NCBI GenBank assembly: GCA_037379345.1
Contig: CM074521.1
Location: forward strand, 6,138,001-6,202,000
Reading direction: 5' to 3'
From: Perna viridis
Taxonomy: Eukaryota
DNA length: 64,000 bases
Shown: piece after piece, positions 27,691 to 39,600 of the stretch
Layout: every line of letters begins with the position of its first letter
Numbering within the stretch: the stretch's first letter is position 1
Position numbers and translations under genes: made by a program
The notes under the pieces: model-generated
What the model was told of the DNA's origin: nothing
Database searches by the model: none
Seen by the model: only the letters and a program-made list of their open reading frames with translations

Positions 27691-28377
27691 TAATGGTATT
27701 CTGCAAGAGCATATGAACTATGCTCATATCAACTTCTTGTCGTTTCTTTGATAACGAAGCCCTGTTTTAACATGATCTTTCATTCTGGTTCTCTCATGTA
27801 TTATATGAGGTCTTGAATATTGTTATTACTTACTTTGGTTTAAAATGATCATAAATTTCTATCCCATTACATTTACATATATGCAGGGAAAGTACTCATT
27901 GCATCGCAGCTATTAATGAGCTCTTTTAAAAAATCGTCTTAAACATTATATAATCTTGAGAGTCTCTCACAAGAAAATGATGCCTAACGTTACCAACCAA
28001 AGGCTACTACAAAGCGTTTTAATGTAAATTATATCACATGTGAAAGTTGTCCATGCTGTTGGCTAAATTTTTATTGTATTGATGAACACTTTAAGTTCTA
28101 TACTAATCCGGTCTTAGTTTTGGGAATTTTGACCAATGACCAGATAAAATAGTATTATTCGTTTAGGAAGGATCATATGTGATATATTTCGACTGTTTAA
28201 AATTCAAAATCAATCTTATCATAGTAAAGCGTAGATCTTAAACTATGTCAAATATTGCTCTTTAATGTGCCTATGTCATCAACCTTTGAGTGTTTACACT
28301 GCAATATTTACATTTGATATTATTTAAAATCCAACTATGCATATCAATTTTAAAAAAGAAAATAAAAGTAGCCTAAG

Positions 28378-29477
28378 AGTAATCAAGGGAACCAAGGTTA
28401 TAGCGGTAATCAAAAGAATGCAATCCAGGGACAAAGACCAGACATGGTAACCAGGCATACACAACAAAGAACATAAAGTAACTAAAATCATACATACAAA
28501 GTAACAAAAGCAAATGAGCAACTCGAACTCCACTAAAAACTGGGAGCATGGACCAGGTGCACCGGTAGGGTAAGCGTCCTCTGTTTTTCTTAGAAACACC
28601 CGCCGAGTTGCTTATAAAAAGTCAAGTCCGGGGTAGACAAACGAGGAAAGGAAAACTATGACCCATTGAATAAATCAGTTTTCATGGTGCAAATGAATAC
28701 ACCATAACGATCCACGAGTTCATGATGACGACCATAAAACTTCTGTAGTGATGACTTCAATATTGTGGCAACATAACCCTGTTCCAGAAGCCTATTTGTT
28801 AGAGTTCTAGCGCGATACAAAAAGTCTGCGTAGCCTCGGCAGACTATGGCATAAGGTATGAGTTGTGATAAGAACACTCCATACGTAGGTGCTGAAAGGA
28901 TGTTGCCACTGATGAAAGGAAAGTTGACAATTCTGAATGAAAAGTCATTACGTTTGTCGTAAAGTTTGGCCAGTGGTTTTTCTTTACCATCGATTTCTAA
29001 GTGTAGGTCAAGATATGAGGCTGACTTCACTGTTTCTGTAGCATCCTTTATCTCAAGTTCTTTGGGGTAGATGCGATGTATCAAATCCCCGAAATTAGGA
29101 TTGTTTAAGATAATACGTTATCTATATAGCGGAAACTGAGATCAAAGGATCTAGCCAAACGATATTCTTTCTTTTGGATCAGATCAGCTATAAAGTCAGC
29201 CTCATAAGATAGAAGGAAAAGGTCAGCAAGTAAAGGAGCACAATTTGTTCCCATTGGAATGCCGACCGTTTGTTGAAAAACACGTCCACCACATTAGACA
29301 AATATGTTGTCGATTAGAAATTCCAGCATTTTGTAAACAGCTTCCTCTATATATATGATTTGGAATTATTTCTTACAAAGTATGAGGAATCTCTACCAAG
29401 AACTATATATTTGTATGTAGGTGTACCATCGTTTTTTGAAAAACAACGATGTACAATGTTTTTAAGTCGGGATTTTA
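28378..29477 (-). mobile_element. 5'-truncated, decayed Penelope-like retroelement (Naiad-type; RT with no C-terminal GIY-YIG) plus 3'UTR
   Basis: Frameshifted, stop-containing RT: FLIDNIFV*CGGRVFQQTVGIPMGTNCAPLLADLFL...FRYIDNVL...IYPKELEIK...SYLDLHL...LYDKRNDFSFRIVNFPF...KFYGRHHELVDRY. Stop at 28656, followed by a ~280-nt 3'UTR ending ...CCCTTGATTACTC. Confidence 0.88.
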
Positions 29478-31130
29478 CGTTTGTTACAGTTCATTTCGTT
29501 TGCGACAAATTAATTCAAAATTAGATATAAAATGATAGCATAGTGCAATACTTTAGATAATGGGTTTAAGGGGGGTACACGTTTGTTTAAAAAAATTAAT
29601 CCTTTCGTCAATGTAAATGTTGAAATAACTGAACATGAAATTTTAAAAAGATGAGCATAGATCGTCTACCTATAAAATATTAATATGCATATGTATTTCC
29701 CGCTGAAGAGGGTGTTTTATTTTGTTTTAGTGTGTTTGTTTGATTAATTTTTTTTGTAATTGTTTAGTTTTTGGATGTGTGTTTTGTTTTGTTTCATAGC
29801 TGGGTATTTTGTTTGTTTGAAACGCAACATATAAAAAAATAAATTTCTTCAAATTTTGAACATCATTTTGAATACCAAATAAGCATCACACTACATCATG
29901 CTTGCTTATATAATGAGTAACCACTTGTTTACACCATTTTGTGGTGTTCCTTTTTTACATGTGCTATATGTATATTTCCTTACTATTAAGGTAACTACCT
30001 TAAATTCCCGTTAAACTCACTTGGCTAAAATATAGTCTATCGGAAATTTATGAGTATTTACACAGGTCCAAAAATAAATAACGTAACACTTCTTAAATAG
30101 TCGTTCACACACGAAAAATATTTAAATGCAGGCATTTACACCAACTGGATGTAAATCAAAACTAATACAAACACAGATAAGTCAAATGAATGGAAATATA
30201 ACATATTTCCATCGATGCTTTCCTTTGTATTTAACCTTACCAAATGAATTACCTATATCGTACCTAATGTGTCCATCAACAAGATCATTTTAAACATCTA
30301 AGATATGACTGACAAAGTATTTCACAATCTCAATTTTAAATCAATTGAACATTACATTTTAGTACATTATTACGTTTTCAAATAAATGGTATTTGCGTGA
30401 ATTTTATATTAAACTGCAGTTAAATGTTTTGACGATTCGATATTTTACATTTCATTTGATCACTTTTTATATATTCCTCATAAAATTATATGTCGTATCA
30501 AATTAAGGTATAGTTTGACGTCTTTGAGATAAATTATTTGATATATTCAGCTTCAACTGTTTTATAACTATATCAAAACCTGAACAATTTGTCTCAGATC
30601 GATAGCATTTGTCCAGCTTAGCTATTTTCTGTGAAAATACCGTTGTTTGCTTGTTTGGATCAAAGCTGCAGTTCTACCTTTGAAATTATTTGGCGTCCGC
30701 TCAGCCATAAAAGTAATGATTAGGAAATCTTGGTTACGTGTAAATCATTTTGGTTTCAATGGAGACAAAAGCTTAATAATTATTAGTCATCAAAAGTACC
30801 GAAGATATTTTTTCTCATATACATATGTAATTATATATTAATGCTTTATGTCCAATAAAATTATTTTGCTACTAACATGCGTGTGTTTTTGAATATATTT
30901 AAACGATTCATGGTAATTTTAAACTGTTAGGGCTCCTTACGTTTCTCATGAACTACGGTTGTTTGAAGTAATGTGACACTGTTTACTGTTTAAACCAAAC
31001 CCCTTTATGAATTTCAAATTGGTTTGGTTTGGACAGGTGTTCTATTGACAATGGCCCCCAAAACTAAACTGATATACAGGGACTTTAAAAAGTGTCTGGT
31101 GTATACAGTTTTTTTTCTAATTAAACTGAT

Positions 31131-31480
31131 TTAAGGAGATAGACCCACGGTAAGGGACACAACTGTTTTGTTATTTTCAATGTATTATTTTAGTTATGTT
31201 ATGTTATTTGTTGTGTTTGTCTGTTTTCAATGTCTGGTCTTTGTCCCTGGATTACATTCTTTTGATTTCCGCTAGAATCTTGGTTCCCTTGATTACTCTC
31301 CTACAATTCATTGGAATGTGTGTATTTAGCATTTTACATCAATCTCATGTAAGCATCAATATAACTTGGACTGATTTAATTCTGTTTCAAATGAACGCGC
31401 GATAAGCTTTGGTGAAATTGAATATGATACAAACATATTACTGTTTTCAAGAGTTATGTCCCTTACCCTTCGCCACCTAA
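31131..31480. mobile_element. TTAA-flanked MITE interrupted by a Penelope-like 3' fragment (~31165-31299)
   Basis: TTAAGGAGATAGACCCACGGTAAGGGACACAACT, then the fragment ending GATTACTC, then the MITE body continuing to GAGTTATGTCCCTTACC. Confidence 0.75.
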
Positions 31481-32630
31481 AAGGGACTCTAGAACACTCG
31501 GATATAGACAGGTTTTCTAATTCAGTGTTCCGTTAAGACAAGTTTCACTGTGTATTTTCATATTGTCAGATGTAAATATGTAATTCTCAGCATGTTTGTA
31601 TAAATCTTGATTGAGATTATAAAGTTAATGTGATGCATTCATATTTTTAGAAGACAAAAGAGGACACAGCAAGTGAAGAGGTATGTTACAAATCAAAATC
31701 ACAATTATGAGATATAAATTTATCAGTCTAAAGTGGTTGTTGATATTAGTGGGATCTTTTGTATACAAACAAGTGGGCAACAATGATAGAATATGTGCAT
31801 GTGTAAAAATAGAGTCAAAACAAAACATCGTTGATGCAAATCCGTGTCAGTTTTTATGTTTATAATCAAAAATTTTATTTACAGAAGATCTGATGAACAA
31901 ACAAGCCGCTAATATTCTAGAACGTCCATTCATTAATGGGAAATATTTTACAAAATCCTTTTCAATGTTATCGATAACATAATATAATATATACTATTTT
32001 GCGCTTTTAGTTTAATTCTTACATATTTTTATCTCAGACTTCGGACCTATATTTCTGAAGGATTAAATATAAATCTATAGCATTTCACAGTGAATGAAGG
32101 TCTTAGTTGGGGGACTTAAGTACTCAAATTTGCATGCGTTTAAGTCAATACTTCTAGGTGTTTAAAAAGGAAAAACAAGATTCGTAAATCGTAAAAAGTA
32201 AGTGAAGTTAGAATGTATTGTTACCCAAAAAAATATGATCACTTTTTTTTAATATGACTATCAGCTTACTTTTTCATACGTGATTCTTTGTTATCATATA
32301 CACACTAGACATTAGAAAATCATAGTCAGATATGTAATAGGCACACGCAAACCGATGATTGTGTATTTTCCCTTCAATAGAGAATTATATTCTTAGGATT
32401 TTTATGTTCCGTACTATGTTTTATCAAATTTTGTTGAATGGTGGTTTACGTTTGTACTTTTTTTAACCATTTTATTTACGATTTAACCAGAACTTCAGAT
32501 TACAAGTAACAGAGGACCTGGAGGAAATGCGAGATCCAACAAGTCGACACATATAACCTGTATGAAATTAGATAAAATGTTACCCGTTTTACCCTGTTTT
32601 GCAAATTATTGACGTTGTATTTTTAGCCTC

Positions 32631-35600
32631 ATGGATGACAATGATGCCCTAATACAGATGTCAGAGGACATCAAGAAATGTTGGGTCAATGTTAGTGATA
32701 TACAGAATGTTGTGTAAGTAAAAATGTTGAAACAATACTTTATTTTATAATACATTTTATTAGAAAAAAATTCTTTTAACCATTTTCATAGTGTGACATT
32801 AAAAATGAGATGTATTTGTTAATTTTATTTTGTATGTCCTACTGGGCACGTCGATCATTATACTAGTATAGTGATGTCTATTTTGTAATTTGTGTAATTA
32901 GTTACACATTCTTGAATTTACTTGAACCATCGCATTATGTTTGATTTTTCCTCGTATTGGACTACAAATTGGAGAATTATGAACATTGATGACCAAAAAT
33001 ACCGTCAAATCAAACCTCAGTCCCAGACGTCAGTAGGATTTTTTTTACATATTTCCAGAGACAAATGGAAGAAAGTTGAAGATTCAACATTGGCAACAGC
33101 TATAAGAATTTGTATGAAACTGAAAGGAAAACAAGGTTTTCTTACCAAGTGAGTTTTCGTTGCTTTAGTTTCTGTTTTTTGTTTGTTTTTGTTTTGTTTC
33201 TGTTTGTTTTTGTTTGTTTTTTGTTTTTTCTTGTTTTCTTGTTTTTTTTATGCTGCTGTTATGCCGTTAACACTGCTGTTGGAGTAGTACAAAGCAATAC
33301 ATTGAACGTGGTTATCAACATGGTTAAAATAGTGAATGCTTTCCAAAAACAAAACAAAAATCCTGCAATTGAAAAATGTGCTATTTTGTTTTTTAAATTT
33401 CTCAGTGCTTATCAATATTTTTGTCTTACCACAGACTGGAACAAGACGATGCTTTCAAGTTCGGACTTGTGTATGACGAGTTTTCGCGATTGCTTTATAC
33501 CATTCGTTTAGCTTTCAGTGAGGCCGAATCAGGAGTATTTTCAAATGAGGAAGCAACAGAAAGGTATGATAATGTGTCTGTCAAACCAATTATGACAGCC
33601 TTTTAAAAAATCAAGATATTTACATTGAGTTTTGTATTTCATTGAAATTGCCAAAATGATCGATCGTGATTTGTCAAAATTTACCCTTGTCTTAAAGAAA
33701 ATGATTGAATATATACAATTTCTTTTCCACTGTTTTTATGAAGACTCAACGAAAATTTATCCACAAAAGTAAAGCGCCGCTTTAAGTAAATAGATCATTT
33801 ATACGACGGTGGCTATATCAGTTCCAAACGCTAGTTATAACCAACAAAATCGCTTAAAAACACGGAACCAACGACATATGCAAATTGAAATGTAATAACA
33901 AGCTGCTCGTTCCAAACTAATTTATGGATGCATTAAATGAACTATTATTGTACTTTGTAAGTGGACTAATAGCTCATAAATTATACGTTTAATATCCTCT
34001 TTTAATTATCTCCTACATTTATTTAATTTTTGGTTTCATAATTCTGTACCAGATTCTGTGAAAATGACTTACCATCCTTACTCGAACTATGGGGTAGCTG
34101 CTCATTGATAACAGCTGATTTAATGGTGGCCCTAATAATGGAGTAAGTATTATATTATATAGATATCATTCAATTGTTCTGAATATATATATGACTCAGA
34201 GTTCTGTGCCGTTTCACGGTGAATATAAGGACAGATCCAATCGTGTTTTTTTAAAGATTGGGATAGCATTAACACTTTTGGATTTGACTCTTTGTTCTCA
34301 GGCTTTATCTACTTGTGCCTTCCAATAATAGTCACAAAATAAATTTTCTTTTAACCAATCACGACTTGGATATTTCTGCCCTAAATGCATTCACCAAAAT
34401 GAGCATGTAATGGTTTTGTTTGTATAGTGGCATATTTTTTTTTTCGTTTTTGACCACCTTTATTTACAAATATGAGCCCTTGCACGTCAGTCCCCGAGTT
34501 GTCGCAAGCATATTTCACAATATCAAAAAAGAGAATTTCTTTTCTACTTAAGGCTACACAACTGTTTAGTATTATAAATAAAGATATAAATTCAATTTCA
34601 GCACAATCCTGTTGCCAGTTCCTGATTTATGTTGATTTTAATTTCGTTATCCCTCCATTTTTTAAATCCTGATTATTATATAATTATTATGAGAACACAC
34701 CAAAGGTTTTTCTATGAACAATTGCTTGGTTTTATCACTTTTTTTGTCCAGTTATGCAGTTTTTTACTTTAGTAATGGTTTTGTACTTGGTGTTAATATG
34801 TAGTCTCATATGAAGTCCCATTAAATACCCCATCTATGGACATTTTAATATCGCAATTGACCATTGATTGATTTTATCATTTATCTATAGTTTAGTCAAT
34901 GTAACTAATATTATATTCCTTCAACTTAATAATTAATTGATAGCTGCAATATCTATTTGTTGTATCTTTTAAACAATTAATATTGCACCTAATCAGTTGC
35001 CGTCTGTTCGTGTGCAAAATACCTGTATTGCATATCAGTTATGTACAAAGTATAACTAATTAGTATGTGACGCTGTACATGAATGTTCTTATGTTAATTC
35101 AGTTCTGATTGATGTAAGTGTTTGCTAAGATATTCATGAAATATCCAATAACACGCATTTGTATACAAAGATCAATCAATTCTAGGATTTTTACCCTTTA
35201 ACTACGTCAATTTCAACTACATGTATTTGCAATACGTTATTGAAGGAAAACAGTTGATATATTATACCTGCCTTTGTAAAATGCCACCACTAGAAAGAAA
35301 TTTCAACCATGAATATTACTCTTACAATAATGGTTGGTTACATTCATTGCACAAAGGTTACTTTTTTATTCATTGTTGAAACATTAATGAAGTTACTATG
35401 GAACATGTCACGAACAATGAACATGTATAAATTAGCAAGGTGTTCTTCTAATGATGTCTTGCTTGAGAGGAAATAATTTCTTTGATCTAATTAAAAGTAT
35501 GACTGTTAATTGCTATATAAAGCCAATGCATGTAAGATCTAACAAATTTTTCGTTACACTTTCTGTTTAAATGAATCTTCTGGTCTTCCAATCTGATTTC

Positions 35601-36618
35601 AATAAATTAATAACTATTTTGAAACCAACATCAGAACGAGGAAAACGATGATTTAAAAATGTTATCTAAGTGGGAAGTATACTGAATATTAATGTAGGAG
35701 TAGTGTTGTGATTTTCAATGAAACAGTCATCCACCAAAAGTCAAGTAACGAACAATTTAAATCTACAGGTCACCACATGGTCTTCCATGGCGACAAAAAA
35801 ATCCATACCATAAAGCAAGCTGTAAAAACCCCCAAAATAAATGAAGTGAAACTACTCTCTCATAAAAGTTTTGTTAGAACGATGTTATTTTAAAGAGTAA
35901 TCAAGGGAACCAAGGTTATAGCGGTAATCAAAAAAATGTAATCCAGGGACCAGACATGGAAAACAGACATACACAACAAAGAAAATAAAGTAACTAAAAT
36001 CATACATAAAAAGTAACAAAAGCAAATAAGCAACTCGGACTCCACTAAAACCTGGGAGCATGGACCAAAGTATCAGATGTACTAAAGTAAATTTTGTTTT
36101 TATGATCACTTATAAACCAATATAGGATATCAATTAGTTTTTATATCGTGGATTTATAGCTCTCGCCTAACCTTTTTGAATATAACACGAAGTGTGTAAA
36201 CAAAATTAACATAATTGGCAATCAAGTTTAATACGGAAATGCACCAACAATTTTCATTTCAGTTTATTTTCATAGAGAACCCTTTTAGACGCTTCAACAT
36301 AATACCTTAAGAAGTGTTGTATTTGCATACAATATCAAAGTACTTAATAAATTAAAGCTTTTCTTTTTGTATACAGTAACTGGGTTTCCTCCTCGGATGA
36401 TCATGACGACTTGGCAAAATCCCTCACTGTGTGTAGTACATATTGTGTCAAGCAGGTAGTGCTGAGTTGTGATGTGACCAAACATCCTATTCCAGACAAG
36501 TAGGTTTAGTAAAAAAATAATCTATATACATGTATATTTATATATCTTAAACTCTATTCGATGTTGAATGAAGTGTAATTCATAAGTGTCATCTTTTTTC
36601 CTCTTTTACTCGCATAAA

Positions 36619-36655
<37 letters not shown>

Positions 36656-39600
36656 TTTAAGTATCGTCGACGATCATGAAATCTTGATTCTTGAATTATC
36701 ATCATGGTCGTAATGTAACATCGCAATCTTGATACTGGTATAAAATATATTGGTTCGAACATACATAAGGGTTAGAGCGTCAGCGACGTCCTCATTAGAA
36801 ACAAAGGTGGCTCAAAATCGTTCAGTCGATATATTTCGTAAATTACCCAATGCTGTTAGGACGTAAAGTATGTTCAACATCGTGGTGCATTTAAAGCAAA
36901 GTCAAATGGCTCAGTCCCTCAAAGGCAAAGTCTAAATTCATACCAAAACTATATGACGCAGGTTTAACCCGTAATTATTATTGTTCTTCATAATTTGACA
37001 AAGCAAATTTTAAGTACCAGTCCACATAAAATTCAGACACTGCCAATGGTAAAGTGATCCATGGTGTAGAAAAACCCACCAAACAATGCTTTTTCAGTCT
37101 ATATATGCAATACTTTAACATAACAATTACCATTTCTGTATGCAGGTCTGCACTTTTTAGAAAATCATACATTCACCTCCCACTACAAACAATCAAATGA
37201 AGCCAATCCAAGAACGATAACTCTTGCAATAATTCCAATTTCATGTACAATCTATATAATTTTTATCTCAAAAGCGCAACAACCAAATGAAAAACTAAGA
37301 CTGGTAAAGTGTGGTAAGATGTGATCAGTAACTGTTTCTGAACTAAAAATAAACCTGACATTGGTGGGTTTTGACATGCATGAATCACCCCCTGTCTGAT
37401 TTTTAGAAAGACTGCTACTTAAGATATGAGCTGTGACTTTCAATATTTGTTAATGATACGAAACTACTTTAAGGGTTAACTTTCTGTCAGACTGAAATCA
37501 GGCTCTAAATGCTTCTGAGGTCTTAGAATAAATTTGTACTGATTGCCGTTATAAGGACTTCGTCCTCTATAAACCATTACATAAGAAATTGATTTAATGT
37601 CGTATTTAAGTGTACATTAATTCTATATTCTGTATCAAAACGCTATATCTATTGTATCATTCAAATACTGCAAAATAAAGAATTCATTATCTGAACTTGA
37701 AGGTTGGTATGCATGCGATCCAGGTATTAAAGTTGGCGATCAGAATAATGATCGCCAATTTTTAACTTAAAATAAATCAATAGTACTAGCAATCACAATT
37801 TACTTAAGTTATCTCGTGTCTTTTACAGGATAAAAGAAAATACCAAAGACGTGATATTCAAAGTAATAGAACATCTTACATTTGCAAGTGACTCTTTGAT
37901 AAAAGTTGTCAAGTGTGCAACGTCCGTCTTGTAAGTTTTATATGTTAGATTTCTATTATCTATTGTCTGAACGATAGCTAGTAAGACAAAGTACCAAACA
38001 TTGTATAAAACAGTTTTAAAAATCAAAGCTACTCAAAACCGTAAAGAAAGGTGTACAGAAGGTTGTGGGATAAACATTTAATTTTAGAAGTAACACGCTT
38101 TCTGATTATATAAAAAAAACTTTGTCCATCTCCTAGACTAAATTTTGTGATTCGACTGTGACGACATTTTTTTATGATTTACTCGCTTAATTTTGATACT
38201 AAAATTAAATTATAAGGAATGACTTATACTTTTTCGGTTTATTTAAAATAACCCCAATACCAATGGTGCACATTTGAAAATAGCTTGCTAAGGCGGTTAT
38301 TTAGTAGGCACCACTTTTTAAGGTCATTTTTTCATAGACCAAAAAATATAGCAGTCGTTCTTTACATATCTGATTTATTTGGTCATTCAAACAGAAAAAA
38401 ACCTATGGGGTCCTGTAAAGGGAGAAAGTTATGTGGGGGTCCTGCAAAAGGAGAAAGTTATGTGTGGGTCCTGTAAAGGAAGAAAGTTATGTGGGCGTCC
38501 TGCAAAGGATGAAAGTTATGTGGGATCGATCACCATTAAATAGTATTATAGAGAAACTTTAAGGCAATTTTAAGAGCTTTCGTGAACTTATTCGATAAAA
38601 TAAGCAGAAAATGGTATTTTATTTCCCGTACCCATTAATCATATTGTACCCAACCAGACACGGTAATGAAGAAATAAGAATTTTATAGATGAAATAAAAT
38701 TTTAGCGTGAATATACATTAATTGATATAGAAGAAAAAATTGAAATATTATTGTGTTAAATATGCCTTAAATACAATTTTAATTTTTTCTTCACATCTGA
38801 TTTTTTCAGTGAGGATCACCCTGCAGAAGACGCTATTCTGAATATGGTAACATGGTCTCTTTATGGGCTACACTATATTTCCCTCAACGTACTTCAACCA
38901 CTTCGTACAGGGAGGTAGGTACTCATGGAGTTACTTTTTTATGTAAAAAATGTATATGATGTAGAACATTTATAATTCAATCCCTGTAAACATTGTGGAA
39001 AATGTCAAATAGTCAATAAGATTCTTAGTCTTGTTATCACTGGACAGCAATGATCTGATCAATAAATGAAAACAAAAACTATCGTCAAACTCAATTTTTA
39101 GCTCTATTAGTTGTCGCTCTGCCATCTACACCAAAAAACCTAATGAAACATGTTTTGGGTGGGAAACCAACTTTAAACTTTGTACACTAAGTTAAAAATA
39201 AATGTAACCTTTATAAAAATTCAAGACTATTTGTATGAATATAATAAGGATTAGTGAGCAAATGATAACAGCAAACTTTTACTGGTGTTCCAAATCATTT
39301 AAAACTTAAATGTTTCCAGTCAATCAGTCGTTTGGATCAGGAAAAGTGAATTAAGGATATTTTGTAATTTTCAGTAAGGAAGATGTTGACGATGATCTAA
39401 AGAAATTTTCCAAGTCGCTTCAAGAACTGTTTCCACTATTAGGAGAGCTGTTGGAGAAACACAAATTAGAGTATGTAAATTTAAAACAACGGGAAGGCAA
39501 AAGCATCATACAAATTTGGTATTAAAGCATAACAAAAATATATAACCTGTGATTGTTTGGAAATATATTGTTAAAAAAACTTGCAATTTAAGCTTATTGT

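Noticed and set aside
28378-28655. SECIS element in the Naiad-type 3'UTR
   Set aside because: No AUGA...AA...GA kink-turn arrangement could be identified by eye.
32491-32559. Upstream exon extending the death-domain CDS
   Set aside because: With the best acceptor (32490) there is an in-frame TAA before ATG 32631, so it is treated as 5'UTR.
33110-33511. 133-aa hydrophobic ORF and similar F/L/V-rich ORFs (39643, 28324, 23444, 35885)
   Set aside because: They are translations of T-rich intron sequence, the antisense of a charged exon, or retroelement 3'UTR.
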